Positions 18,847-27,730 of a stretch of 64,000 nt of DNA are shown piece after piece. Both the position numbers and the translations under genes were made by a program. Each line of letters begins with the position of its first letter. The first letter of the stretch is position 1. The notes beneath the pieces are model-generated. The model was given only the letters and a program-made list of their open reading frames with translations. It was not told the DNA's origin and ran no database searches. Origin of the DNA: Trueperaceae bacterium (GTDB lineage: Bacteria > Deinococcota > Deinococci > Deinococcales > Trueperaceae); NCBI GenBank assembly GCA_965213925.1, contig OZ243927.1, positions 4,224,001 through 4,288,000 on the forward strand, given 5' to 3'.

Positions 18847-19048
18847 GCGGCGCGTCAAAGAGCTACCTCGAGACTTAGATGAGCGCGTGCGCTTCACGTT
18901 AGACCTCTCGCGCAAACAGCACCGATTTTTGAAACGGTTAGCCTTCGAAGAAGAGGTCAATGCGAGCGCGGTGCTGCGGGCGCTGTTGACTAAGCTCGAG
19001 GAGGACGAAGCGCTCGCTGAAGAGGTTAAAGCCAAGCTAAGGACTTAG
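18824..19048 (+). CDS. Small ribbon-helix-helix-like protein
   Basis: VRFTLDL (strand), RKQHRFLKRLAFEE (helix), NASAVLRALL (helix). Confidence 0.55.
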   Translation: MTSDDTDKRRVKELPRDLDERVRFTLDLSRKQHRFLKRLAFEEEVNASAVLRALLTKLEEDEALAEEVKAKLRT

Positions 19049-19113
19049 AGTTTTTTCTCTTTAGTTGTTAGGCGCGGTCAGACTTTGTGACTCGAGTTCG
19101 CTTCTCAATTTAC

Positions 19114-19141
19114 CTAAGTATATACTTAGATATGCTATACT
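19114..19141 (+). promoter_or_regulatory. Palindromic operator-like site next to an extended -10 box
   Basis: Perfect 16-bp palindrome CTAAGTATATACTTAG (19114-19129) followed by TGCTATACT (19133-19141). Confidence 0.45.
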
Positions 19142-19199
19142 AAGAGAGGTAGAGGAGAGCAATTCTTGCAAGTCATCAACGCCGAATGAAAGGGGCAAA

Positions 19200-19415
19200 A
19201 TGCCACATATTAACGTAAGAATTGGCGAGCACGACTTGGTTTTCAAATACGAGGAGGGCGCAAACGGATTTGTAGAGATTCAAGACGCTAACTCAGATAC
19301 GTCACTACACGTTCGCGACGAGGACGGAATGCTCATGGCGCTTCATTTCGTAGAAGGCGAGCAAGACCCTACCTCTCAGATTGAGTTGCTAACGGGTGAT
19401 GTTCATATAGATTGA
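19200..19415 (+). CDS. Small acidic hypothetical protein (71 aa)
   Basis: GAAAGGGG RBS before ATG 19200; MPHINVRIGEHDLVFKYEEG... Confidence 0.55.
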   Translation: MPHINVRIGEHDLVFKYEEGANGFVEIQDANSDTSLHVRDEDGMLMALHFVEGEQDPTSQIELLTGDVHID

Positions 19416-19454
19416 GATAGCTAAAGCCGCACCGCCTTCTAGCTCGAGAACTCT

Positions 19455-20303
19455 TTAATGACCTCGAGCAAGAAGGTCGGCTAGTTGGTTTTTGTCTACG
19501 AACCCGTGTAAATTTTTTAGGGCAAACTGCCGGAAAGTATCGTTTCCCAGCTCCATCTTTCTGGCTATGCTCAGGTCTAAATACTCTTTTTCCTTGTCTA
19601 TGCCGAGGAATCTTCGGTTTAGTAAATTTGCGGCAATACCTGTTGTGCTACTTCCGGTAAACGGGTCTAAAATCCACGCTCCTTGTCTGCTCGAGGCGAG
19701 AGTGAGACGCGCTAGAACCGCTAGTGGTTTTTGCGTCGGATGCTTGCCGCAGCCTTTCTCCCACTTGGCTAGAGCAGGCATCCTCCACACATCTTTCATC
19801 TGCTTTCCGCTGTTCAACTCTTTCATCAAATCGTAGTTGTAGTAGTGCGGTATATCAGCGTGCTTTCTAGCCCAAATAATCTGCTCTGTAGAGTGCGTAA
19901 AGTAACGGCAGGAGAAGTTAGGAGGTGGATTGGTTTTTTCCCAAGTTATGACGTTAAGTATTTTGAAATCAAGCTCTCTTAAAACCCGTCCAACTTCAAA
20001 TATGTTGTGCATCGTTCCGCTGACCCAAAGAGTTGCATCTTCTTTCATCTTTTGGCGGACCAATGAAAGCCAAGTTTTATTGAACTCGTATATCGCTTCG
20101 AGACCTGCTGATTTGTCCCAAGCACCTTTATTTACGCTTACGACTTTTCCATTTTTGACAGTTAAACCGTCGTTGGAAAGAAAATAAGGTGGGTCAGCAA
20201 ATACTAAGTCGAACTTATGGTCGAACCTCTCAAGTAACTCAAAAGAATCTCCATGCAACAGCGTGAAATGTTTGTCCGCCGATTTATAGTAGGCTTCTAT
20301 CAC
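19455..20303 (-). CDS. Beta-class amino-methyltransferase (N4/N6), DpnA-like
   Basis: FADPPYFLSN precedes HPTQKP and LDPFTGSSTTG; WEKTNPPPNFSCRYFTHSTE resembles DpnA-type GATC MTases. Confidence 0.9.
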   Translation of the reverse strand: MIEAYYKSADKHFTLLHGDSFELLERFDHKFDLVFADPPYFLSNDGLTVKNGKVVSVNKGAWDKSAGLEAIYEFNKTWLSLVRQKMKEDATLWVSGTMHNIFEVGRVLRELDFKILNVITWEKTNPPPNFSCRYFTHSTEQIIWARKHADIPHYYNYDLMKELNSGKQMKDVWRMPALAKWEKGCGKHPTQKPLAVLARLTLASSRQGAWILDPFTGSSTTGIAANLLNRRFLGIDKEKEYLDLSIARKMELGNDTFRQFALKNLHGFVDKNQLADLLARGH

Positions 20304-20908
20304 TACAAATCAATGATCGTTTTTAGGAAGGGTACTCGAGCGTAAAAGGCTCTCGTCGTACTTCCGTGCCCTGTCCCCTTCGTTCTAGGTTGTATATACT
20401 TGCCCATTTTCCCGCTTAACTTGTCAAAGCCTTCTTCTGTGATTACTTTTCTGACTAAATCATAGTCTGCTTTCACTTGTGCGTATACTTCAGGATCATC
20501 GAGGTCAAAAGTGTGAATGCCGTAGAGAGTAGAGGTTGGCTCATCTACGCTTTCCCAAATTCTCGAAGCTATGAGTCCCTTTTGCATCTTTGCTAATAAG
20601 TGGCTCTTTTCAAAAGGGGTATTGCGGACATTGTAAGCATCAATTTTCGTAATGGACAATGTTTCCTTGACGGTCAAAGTGCCTGATTTGAGATACTTTA
20701 ACGAAGCAGTTTTCAGCTCCCAGGAGCCAAAATTCGGAGATTGAGCCGAGTTTAGCGGAAGCCCTAAATAACGTTCGATAACATGTCCCGCCCAACCCTT
20801 ATTCTTTTTTCCCTCTTTGAACACAGTGACCTCGTATTTCTCAGCCATTGCTCTCAAATCTCTACCCTTGATCTTGTCAAGCAACACTATTGCTTCTTCC
20901 CGCTCCAC
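20303..20908 (-). CDS. MutH/Sau3AI-family endonuclease (single domain, 201 aa)
   Basis: NKGWAGHVIERYLG...SPNFGSWELKT...KETLSIT...YIQPRTKG...RAFYAR parallels the MutH motifs KGW.G..E, ELK, ET, QxRxK, FY. Confidence 0.85.
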   Translation of the reverse strand: MEREEAIVLLDKIKGRDLRAMAEKYEVTVFKEGKKNKGWAGHVIERYLGLPLNSAQSPNFGSWELKTASLKYLKSGTLTVKETLSITKIDAYNVRNTPFEKSHLLAKMQKGLIASRIWESVDEPTSTLYGIHTFDLDDPEVYAQVKADYDLVRKVITEEGFDKLSGKMGKYIQPRTKGTGHGSTTRAFYARVPFLKTIIDL

Positions 20909-21816
20909 TAAAACCGCTCTCCAAAATTCGCGATTAGCAGTTCAGATAGTTTCCCTCGACCGGACGCTTTGGAATTGATAGCTCTATTTGCCATAACCCG
21001 TGATACGTTATGATTCGAATACAAGCTATCAAAAAATTCATCTTGGGTCTCTTGAGTTTTCACATCTGAGTTGCTAAGCAGCCATTTGCAGCCTTTTGCG
21101 TCCAAGAGGTCGCAGAATTCTTTCAAGCGCACTTGCTCACTGTCGTTAAAGACTCCATGAGAGTAAGCGTTGAAACTAGAGGTCTTGCTAATAGGTTTAT
21201 ACGGAGGATCAAGATAAACGAAGGTTTCTTCAGTCACATGCTCTAAGACAATTTCATAGTCCCCATGTAGTATCTCTACGTTTTGCAACCGCTCATGAAC
21301 AATAAGCAAGTTGGTTTCGTCGCAAATTGTTGGATTCTTGTAGCTACCTATAGGAACATTGAACATATTTTTTCTATTGACTCTGTAAAGTCCATTGAAG
21401 CAAGTCTTATTGAGGAAAATAAACAACGCTGCTTGCGTAGTGTTATCAGAGGTGCGCGAATTGTATAACTCTCGTTGTGAGTAATAAAATTTGCTTCGTT
21501 CTTTAGGTTTTTCCGAAAGCGTATCGTACAGCTTCTGCCACTTTTTTAGCGGCTCGATAACTGCATCAACATCCTGAGCGATACACCTGTAGGTGTTGAT
21601 TAAGTCGGCGTTTATGTCGTTAATAACAACGTTTCTAACATTTGGGTAGTTGTTGAGTATCCAAAATAAAACTGAACCTCCGCCAACGAACGGTTCAATA
21701 TACGTGAAGCTTGCTTGATGAGAATATGGCATTCTGCGAGCGATAGCGTCTAAAAGTTGCGTCTTCCCGCCTGCCCATTTCAAAAAGGGTTTTGCGTTAG
21801 CAAAAAGATTGAGCAT
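20908..21816 (-). CDS. Dam/DpnM-like alpha-class DNA adenine methyltransferase
   Basis: [40 protein letters not shown]. An alternative start lies at 21831. Confidence 0.93.
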   Translation of the reverse strand: MLNLFANAKPFLKWAGGKTQLLDAIARRMPYSHQASFTYIEPFVGGGSVLFWILNNYPNVRNVVINDINADLINTYRCIAQDVDAVIEPLKKWQKLYDTLSEKPKERSKFYYSQRELYNSRTSDNTTQAALFIFLNKTCFNGLYRVNRKNMFNVPIGSYKNPTICDETNLLIVHERLQNVEILHGDYEIVLEHVTEETFVYLDPPYKPISKTSSFNAYSHGVFNDSEQVRLKEFCDLLDAKGCKWLLSNSDVKTQETQDEFFDSLYSNHNVSRVMANRAINSKASGRGKLSELLIANFGERF

Positions 21817-21959
21817 GTTGCAACTTACCATCTTACGCGGTTAAGACAGCGAGCGGACGTGCGCATACATCAACCTCTCGACTTCCGCGCTATACTTCTC
21901 TATCTCGAGCCCCAAGTCGGCTCTTCTTTTTTACCCTTTCTAATCTTGGAGTAACACCT

Positions 21960-23312
21960 ATGTCTGGAAAAGTCGGTTTCGTAAGTTTGGGCTGCCCCAA
22001 AGCCTTAGTAGACAGCGAGCGCATCCTCACCCAGCTCCGCGCGGAGGGCTACACGGTCTCGCCGACCTATGACGAGGCAGACGTGGTCGTGGTGAACACC
22101 TGCGGCTTCATCACGCCCGCCGTCGAGGAGTCTTTGGGCGCAATCGGCGAAGCGCTAGAGCAAAACGGCAAGGTCATCGTGACGGGTTGCTTGGGTGAGC
22201 GACCTGAAGAGATTATGGAGCGCCACCCGAATGTCTTAGCGGTTACAGGGCAAGCCGATGTCGAGGGCGTCATGAAGAACGTCCACAAGGTCGCGCCGCC
22301 CGACGAGAACCCCTTTACGAGCCTCGTGCCGCCGCAGGGCGTCAAGCTGACGCCGCGTCACTATGCGTATCTTAAAATTGCGGAGGGGTGTAACCACAAG
22401 TGTTCGTTTTGCATCATCCCGCAGATGCGCGGGCTGCAGGTCTCTCGCGATGCGGGCGACGTGCTCTACGAGGCGTACCGGCTGGTCTCGAGCGGCACAA
22501 AGGAACTCATGGTCATCGCGCAAGACTCCTCGGCGTACGGTGTGGACATCCGCTACCGTGGGAGTGAATTTCAAGGGCGACAGGTGAAAGCGCACCTCGT
22601 CCCCTTGGTCAACGAACTCGCGCAGATGGGCGCGTGGCTGCGGCTGCACTACGTCTATCCGTACCCGCACGTGAGGGGGCTCATTCCGCTGATGGCGGAG
22701 GGGAAACTGCTTCCTTACTTAGACGTACCACTTCAACACGCGAGCCCGAAGATTTTACGCGCGATGCGGCGTCCGGGTGGGGCGAAGAGCCACCTGGAGA
22801 CGATTCGCGAGTGGCGGAGCATCTGCCCCGAACTGGCGATTCGCTCGACCTTTATCGTCGGTTTTCCCGGCGAGGCGGAAGAGGACTTTGAGCTTCTTTT
22901 AGACTTTTTGCGAGAGGCGCGGCTCGAGCGCGTCGGCGCGTTCACCTACAGCGAAGTGCCCGGCGCAGCCGCCAACCAGTTCCCCGACCAAGTGCCTGAA
23001 GAGGTCAAGGAAGAGCGTTTGGAGCGGCTTATGGCGTTGCAGCAGGAAATCAGTTTGGAGAAGAACCGGGCGAAAGTGGGGCAAGAGGTCGAGATGATTG
23101 TTGACGACTACGGCGACTTGCCCGGCGACCTCATCGGGCGCACCAAAGCGGACGCGCCTGGCATTGACGGCACCGTAACCGCCACCTCGGACGGCACGGT
23201 TAAAATTGGCGACATTGTCAAGGTTAAAGTGACGGATGCGGATACTTACGACCTCTTCGGTGAGGTCGTCTCGCAAATCGTGTGGCGTCCGAACGTACTC
23301 AGCATGGTATAG
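21960..23312 (+). CDS. rimO: Ribosomal protein S12 methylthiotransferase RimO
   Basis: [18 protein letters not shown], radical SAM motif [21 protein letters not shown]-like C-terminus. Confidence 0.96.
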   Translation: MSGKVGFVSLGCPKALVDSERILTQLRAEGYTVSPTYDEADVVVVNTCGFITPAVEESLGAIGEALEQNGKVIVTGCLGERPEEIMERHPNVLAVTGQADVEGVMKNVHKVAPPDENPFTSLVPPQGVKLTPRHYAYLKIAEGCNHKCSFCIIPQMRGLQVSRDAGDVLYEAYRLVSSGTKELMVIAQDSSAYGVDIRYRGSEFQGRQVKAHLVPLVNELAQMGAWLRLHYVYPYPHVRGLIPLMAEGKLLPYLDVPLQHASPKILRAMRRPGGAKSHLETIREWRSICPELAIRSTFIVGFPGEAEEDFELLLDFLREARLERVGAFTYSEVPGAAANQFPDQVPEEVKEERLERLMALQQEISLEKNRAKVGQEVEMIVDDYGDLPGDLIGRTKADAPGIDGTVTATSDGTVKIGDIVKVKVTDADTYDLFGEVVSQIVWRPNVLSMV

Positions 23313-23351
23313 GCTTTGCGGAAGTTATCCGGTTGCTTTAAGCGAGAAGAT

Positions 23352-23463
23352 GAGTTGAAAGCAACGAGCAATGAGTGAAACCCTTTAGACTCACTGCTCA
23401 CCGTACCGTTTGCTTCGCAAGATTACATAACCAGCTCGACTGGATTGCTCGGAACTCATTGCT
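23352..23463. repeat. GAGCAAT/ATTGCTC heptamer palindromic repeat, downstream of pilT
   Basis: AGCAACGAGCAATGAGTGAAACCCTTTAGACTCA (from 23360) is identical over 34 nt to the copy at about 24663. Confidence 0.75.
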
Positions 23464-23467
23464 ATCC

Positions 23468-24598
23468 CTAAAATCCCCGTCGGTTCAACAGGCGCTCCGG
23501 CTCCTTCTCGCTGCTCGTCTGCACGTCCCCCTTTTTCTGCGTCAGCATCAAACGGAATTCGTGCGAACTGGTCGCCATCGCGAGGGCGTCCTCCATGCTG
23601 ATCTGCCGCTCTAAGTAGAGGTCAACGAGGTGCTGGTCAAAGGTCTGCATCCCGCGGATGTTGTCGCTCAGCATCGCCTCTTTGATGAGGTGCGTTTTCG
23701 TCTCGTCTTTGATGTAGTCGCGAATTAAGGGCGTGTTGACGAGTATTTCTAGTGCGAGTACACGCCCGGTGCTGTCCGCCCGAGGCAGGAGCCGCTGGCT
23801 CATGATGCCTAGGAGCGACTCCGCCAACATGATGCGAATCTGGTCACGCTCGTGCGGCGGGAAAAAGTCGATGATGCGGTTGACGCTGCGCACGGCGTCC
23901 AAGGTGTGGAGCGTGCTGAAAACGAGGTGCCCCGTTTGTGCCGCTGAAATCGCCGCCTCGACGGTCTCCTTGTCGCGCATCTCGCCGATCATAATGACAT
24001 CCGGGTCTTGGCGCATGGCGTATTTGAGTGCGTGAACGAAGTTGTCGGTGTCGAGCCCGACCTCGCGCTGGATGACGAGTGAGCGCTGGTTATGGTGCAA
24101 GATTTCGATGGGGTCCTCGATGGTGATGATATTGCGCGGGTAGCGGCGGTTGATGAAGTCGACCATCGTGGCGAGCGTCGTGGACTTACCGGAGCCCGTC
24201 GGTCCGGTGACGAGAACTAAGCCGCGGGTTTGACTCGAGAACTCCGTCAGCGTCGGCACAGGTAGCCCGAGCGTCTCGAAACTCGGCACGGTGTCACCCA
24301 CGACGCGCATGACAATCCCCACCGAAGAGCGCTGCATAAAGGCGTTGCAGCGGAAGCGGGCGACTTGCGGGATGGAAAAGGCGAAATCTAACTCGTGATG
24401 ATGCTTGAAAAGCTCGCGTTGCGGCTCGCTCATCATCGCTAGAGCAATCTGTTCGGTCTGTTGCGGCGTGAGAGGCGGGATGCCCTCTAAAGTCTGCAAG
24501 CTTCCGTCCACGCGCATGTGCGGTGGCGCACCCGCTTGCAGGTGAATATCCGAGGCGCGTTGCGCCACCATCGTGTTGAGCATATCGGCAATTTTCAT
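23468..24598 (-). CDS. pilT: Type IV pilus retraction ATPase (PilT/PilU family)
   Basis: ASDIHL, Walker A GPTGSGKSTT, TIEDPIE, RQDPDVIMIGEMRD, TGHLVFSTLH, GMQTFDQHL. Start placed at ATG 24598. Confidence 0.9.
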   Translation of the reverse strand: MKIADMLNTMVAQRASDIHLQAGAPPHMRVDGSLQTLEGIPPLTPQQTEQIALAMMSEPQRELFKHHHELDFAFSIPQVARFRCNAFMQRSSVGIVMRVVGDTVPSFETLGLPVPTLTEFSSQTRGLVLVTGPTGSGKSTTLATMVDFINRRYPRNIITIEDPIEILHHNQRSLVIQREVGLDTDNFVHALKYAMRQDPDVIMIGEMRDKETVEAAISAAQTGHLVFSTLHTLDAVRSVNRIIDFFPPHERDQIRIMLAESLLGIMSQRLLPRADSTGRVLALEILVNTPLIRDYIKDETKTHLIKEAMLSDNIRGMQTFDQHLVDLYLERQISMEDALAMATSSHEFRLMLTQKKGDVQTSSEKEPERLLNRRGF

Positions 24599-24655
24599 CC
24601 CCTTTAGTTTGACGGAGCCGCGCCTCTTGGCGTGTGAAATCTGTCGCCTTTTAGG

Positions 24656-24715
24656 AGCAATGAGCAACGAGCAATGAGTGAAACCCTTTAGACTCATTGC
24701 TCGTTGCTCATTGCT
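24656..24715. repeat. Perfect 24-bp inverted repeat built from heptamers, upstream of pilT
   Basis: AGCAATGAGCAACGAGCAATGAGT - 12-nt loop - ACTCATTGCTCGTTGCTCATTGCT. Confidence 0.85.
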
Positions 24716-24992
24716 TTCGACTTTCCTTTCCTCGTTGCTCTTGATTCATTACTGTCTTTTACCCATCCATCTTTTTGCAGACTGTGTTACAATTCTCTAT
24801 GGAACGAAAACCATCTTCATTGCGGATGCTGGAGGCGCTGTTCGAGTGTGAGCAACCCCCTGTGGAGAGCCTTGCCAAGAGGTCACAAGAGAAAGCTCAA
24901 CACGTTGCGCGACACTCGAGGTGGAACACGAAGGGTCGCTCGCCCGAAGTGTCCACGCGGGACGCGCAAGACGTCGCACAGTAAGAGAGGGG

Positions 24993-25736
24993 TCAGTGCG
25001 CTAAGCCGATGAGATGCGGCGCGGCGGCGCTGTAGCGGCTCTTGTCAAAGTCGCCGTACACTTGAAGCTGCGCGAAGCCCGCTCCATAGAGCATCCTCTC
25101 TAACTCAAAGCGTGTAAAGTAGCGCTGCGTAAGCGTGCTTTTCGTGCGCGTTAAGATGCCTTGCTCATCCGTCTGGTCGAGATAGTAGTGCGATGTGATC
25201 ATCTGCGCGTCCGGGTCGTGGTGCTGCACTAAGAAGAGGTCGCCCTTGTCGCTCACATGAGACCATTCGGGCTCGAGCCTCATCACTCCGAAGTCTCCAA
25301 AGTTTTTCTCATTCGGATTGTAGAGGTCAAACGCAAAGCGTCCGCCGAGTTCTAAATGCGCCCTCACCGTTCGCAAAGTCGCATCTTGGTCCGCGAGCGT
25401 ATAAGCGTGCATCAGCGTATTAAAAGGTGCGATGACGAGCGGGAAGCGCTGCTCTAACCTGACCTCGCGCATGTCACCTTGACGGTACGTCACGTTTTCT
25501 TGAAGCCTCGCCTCTACAAGCCGCGCCTGACCTCTTCCGATCATCTCGCCCGAAAGCTCTACCGCCACAACCTTATGCCCTGCTCTCGCCAGCGCCGCGC
25601 TCACCCTCGCGCTGCCCGCGCCGAGTTCTAAAACAGGGCTGCCGTAGTCATCCGCTAAACGAGTGTAAAACGAGAGGTCATCGCGGTAGTGGGCGTACTG
25701 CAGGTCGTAAAGCTCAGCTAAGGGGTCGTAATTCAC
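24993..25736 (-). CDS. Class I SAM-dependent methyltransferase
   Basis: VLELGAGSAR, VELSGEM, GDMR, LVIAPFN, YGDF. Confidence 0.9.
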   Translation of the reverse strand: MNYDPLAELYDLQYAHYRDDLSFYTRLADDYGSPVLELGAGSARVSAALARAGHKVVAVELSGEMIGRGQARLVEARLQENVTYRQGDMREVRLEQRFPLVIAPFNTLMHAYTLADQDATLRTVRAHLELGGRFAFDLYNPNEKNFGDFGVMRLEPEWSHVSDKGDLFLVQHHDPDAQMITSHYYLDQTDEQGILTRTKSTLTQRYFTRFELERMLYGAGFAQLQVYGDFDKSRYSAAAPHLIGLAH

Positions 25737-25751
25737 GCTTTGCCTCGAGCG

Positions 25752-26189
25752 TTACTGTGCAAAGACAAAGGCGAGCTGCGCCTCCGCCGCCACCTCGTCA
25801 CCGACGAGCGCCGCCGCGCTCACCTTGCAGAGCCTGCGCCGAAAGAGGAGAATCTCGCCCGTCAAGCGGAGCTGATCGCCGGGCACGACCTTGCGCTTGA
25901 ACTTCGCGCCGTCGATACCTGCGAAGTAGCCGACTTGTCCCTCCTGCAGCCCGTCACGCACCGCCAAGCCCACCGCCGCCGCCTGCGCGAGCGCCTCGAT
26001 GATCATGACACCGGGCATCACGGGCTCTTGCGGAAAGTGTCCTTGGAAAAAGGCTTCGTTGTGCGAGACGTTTTTAATACATTCGAAGTGGTCGCCCTCT
26101 TGCGAGACGAAGGCGTCCACCATCAGAAAGGGGTAGCGGTGGGGGAGGATGGCGCGGATATCGACTTTTTGCTGTGTTTCGGAAGTCAT
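25752..26189 (-). CDS. fabZ: 3-hydroxyacyl-ACP dehydratase FabZ
   Basis: LPHRYPFLMVD, FFQGHFP, MPGVMIIEALAQ, VVPGD. Confidence 0.96.
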   Translation of the reverse strand: MTSETQQKVDIRAILPHRYPFLMVDAFVSQEGDHFECIKNVSHNEAFFQGHFPQEPVMPGVMIIEALAQAAAVGLAVRDGLQEGQVGYFAGIDGAKFKRKVVPGDQLRLTGEILLFRRRLCKVSAAALVGDEVAAEAQLAFVFAQ

Positions 26190-26344
26190 AGGCGTAGTTT
26201 ACCTTTAGAACTTGTGGAAAGGCTTAACGGCTTTAAGGTGACCTTGTCAACTTTGTTACATTCGATTATACTCACCTCACCACTGGTCTAATCCTTCGCC
26301 CTAATTCAGTTTGTATACGCAGTTACAAGCTGCTAAGGAGACGT

Positions 26345-26821
26345 ATGTCTGACGTTCGTAGGGAAGATTTTACCGGTAACCTCTTCACCTTTCTCGTCGA
26401 GACCTTCGAAGGTCCACCGAAGTCTGCTAGTGCTTACTTAGACCAGAAGGCAGGGCTGTTCGACACGCTCGAGCACCTCTCGGCAGACCGAGCCTCACAA
26501 CCTGTCACCGAAGGCGCGACAAGTATTGCCGCCCAAGTCGAGCACATACGCTTTTACATGGACGTGCTCGAGCAGTTCATGGATGGACGGACCGAAAAGG
26601 TTGATTGGAAAGACAGTTGGGGCGTACAGAAGGTGACGCCCGAAGCGTGGGCGACTTTGAAACGAGACCTAAAAGCCGCGTACGACAGCGTCACCGAGAA
26701 GTTCGAAAGCACAAACGAGTGGGGAGATGATGAAGTGGGTGACCGCCTAGCAATCGTTGTTCACACGGCGTACCATCTAGGGGCGATTCGTCAGATGGTT
26801 AAGGTGATAACTGCAACTTGA
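26345..26821 (+). CDS. DinB-family protein
   Basis: SIAAQVEHI...HTAYHLGAIRQ; AAGGAG RBS. Confidence 0.8.
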   Translation: MSDVRREDFTGNLFTFLVETFEGPPKSASAYLDQKAGLFDTLEHLSADRASQPVTEGATSIAAQVEHIRFYMDVLEQFMDGRTEKVDWKDSWGVQKVTPEAWATLKRDLKAAYDSVTEKFESTNEWGDDEVGDRLAIVVHTAYHLGAIRQMVKVITAT

Positions 26822-26948
26822 GGTGAGCGAAGCAACTTGGCGCATGGTTGAGAAAACTCCACCTCTTCGTTAGGAGCGAAGAACGTAGGCAGATCGCTTC
26901 TGAAAGCGTCCATATAGGGTTTGTCAAAATCTCGGTTGTGAAGTTGCA

Positions 26949-27389
26949 TCACGGTTCAAGGCTTCCCCCAAGCCAATGCACCTCCAACCCAGCAGCCTGA
27001 GCAAACCGCGCTTGTTGCTTGTCATTCGTTACAAAGCCGCGTGTTCCGTAGCGCAGACAGCTTGCAACGTGCAGCGCGGCAAGTGTCCTGCTCGGTTGAT
27101 GAACGTCACCTAAAAGCCGAACTGCTTCGCTCAAAGTATCTTGGCTCAGCTCTAAACGCCGCGGGGTTCTGGAGAGGTCGTAGCGTGCTCTTTCGAAGAT
27201 ACGCGCTGCTTGTTCAGTACTGAGAACGCCCGCTCGCTCATACCTGGCTAGCCCGGAGCGCAGTTCAACGAGGGTTAAAGTGGAGGTGACGAGCTGTCCG
27301 AAATCTCGCGACAGAGCGGCTTGCGCAGCCTTGGAGGTTGACTCGCTGAGGTAGAGCGGCAAGATAGCACTTGTATCAAAGTACCTAAT
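26949..27389 (-). CDS. VapC/PIN-domain toxin, probably degenerate
   Basis: In-frame YFDTSAILPLY lies upstream of the called start with no ATG/GTG/TTG before it (only ATT/GTT after an in-frame TAG). LTLVEL and FVTND are present, but RTLAALH replaces the usual RTLDALH. Confidence 0.75.
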   Translation of the reverse strand: MRYFDTSAILPLYLSESTSKAAQAALSRDFGQLVTSTLTLVELRSGLARYERAGVLSTEQAARIFERARYDLSRTPRRLELSQDTLSEAVRLLGDVHQPSRTLAALHVASCLRYGTRGFVTNDKQQARFAQAAGLEVHWLGGSLEP

Positions 27390-27630
27390 AACGCTCGCCT
27401 TGCCGCGCTTCTACGATGATGTTCGTTTCAACGTGTACGCCTAAAGACGCTCTAAACGCTTCTAACGCTTCAACGTCAATGGGCTCGGCACTCTCGGTGG
27501 ACCTGAGTTCTGCGCTCGGCTTACCGCGCCTTGTAATCGTGACCGTTTTGCCACGCTCGACGAGGTCAAGATACGCTGCTAAATTGTCACGAAATTCGGT
27601 CATGCTGACCTGAAGAGGTAGATTATCCAT
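27385..27630 (-). CDS. Phd/YefM-family antitoxin
   Basis: VSMTEFRDNLAAYLDLVERGKTVTITRRGKPSAEL; overlaps the PIN gene. Confidence 0.9.
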   Translation of the reverse strand: MDNLPLQVSMTEFRDNLAAYLDLVERGKTVTITRRGKPSAELRSTESAEPIDVEALEAFRASLGVHVETNIIVEARQGERY

Positions 27631-27636
27631 ACACTA

Positions 27637-27653
27637 ATTGTACATTATGTACA
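27637..27653 (-). promoter_or_regulatory. TA autoregulatory operator overlapping the -10 box
   Basis: TGTACA-TTA-TGTACA (27639-27653) overlaps a minus-strand TACAAT 6 nt upstream of the antitoxin ATG. TGTACA cores are known from YefM-type operators. Confidence 0.6.
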
Positions 27654-27730
27654 GAAGCGTGATCGTATCTTTTAGGGTATCGTTGTATCAAGTTAAGTGC
27701 AATATACCCCTCTTACGAATTGGAGACCAT

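Noticed and set aside
8058..21900. A single integrative element or prophage spanning both RM islands
   Set aside because: Core genes (the RluA/RluD-family gene, plsX, mscS) lie between them, and I saw no integrase, transposase or att-like direct repeats.
23352..24745. CRISPR array from the 34-nt direct repeats
   Set aside because: Only isolated copies separated by a whole gene, with no regular spacers and no cas genes.
24775..24984. Small ORF between pilT and the methyltransferase (likely start 24799)
   Set aside because: A TACAAT box precedes it, but there is no recognisable motif and too little support to call it a gene.
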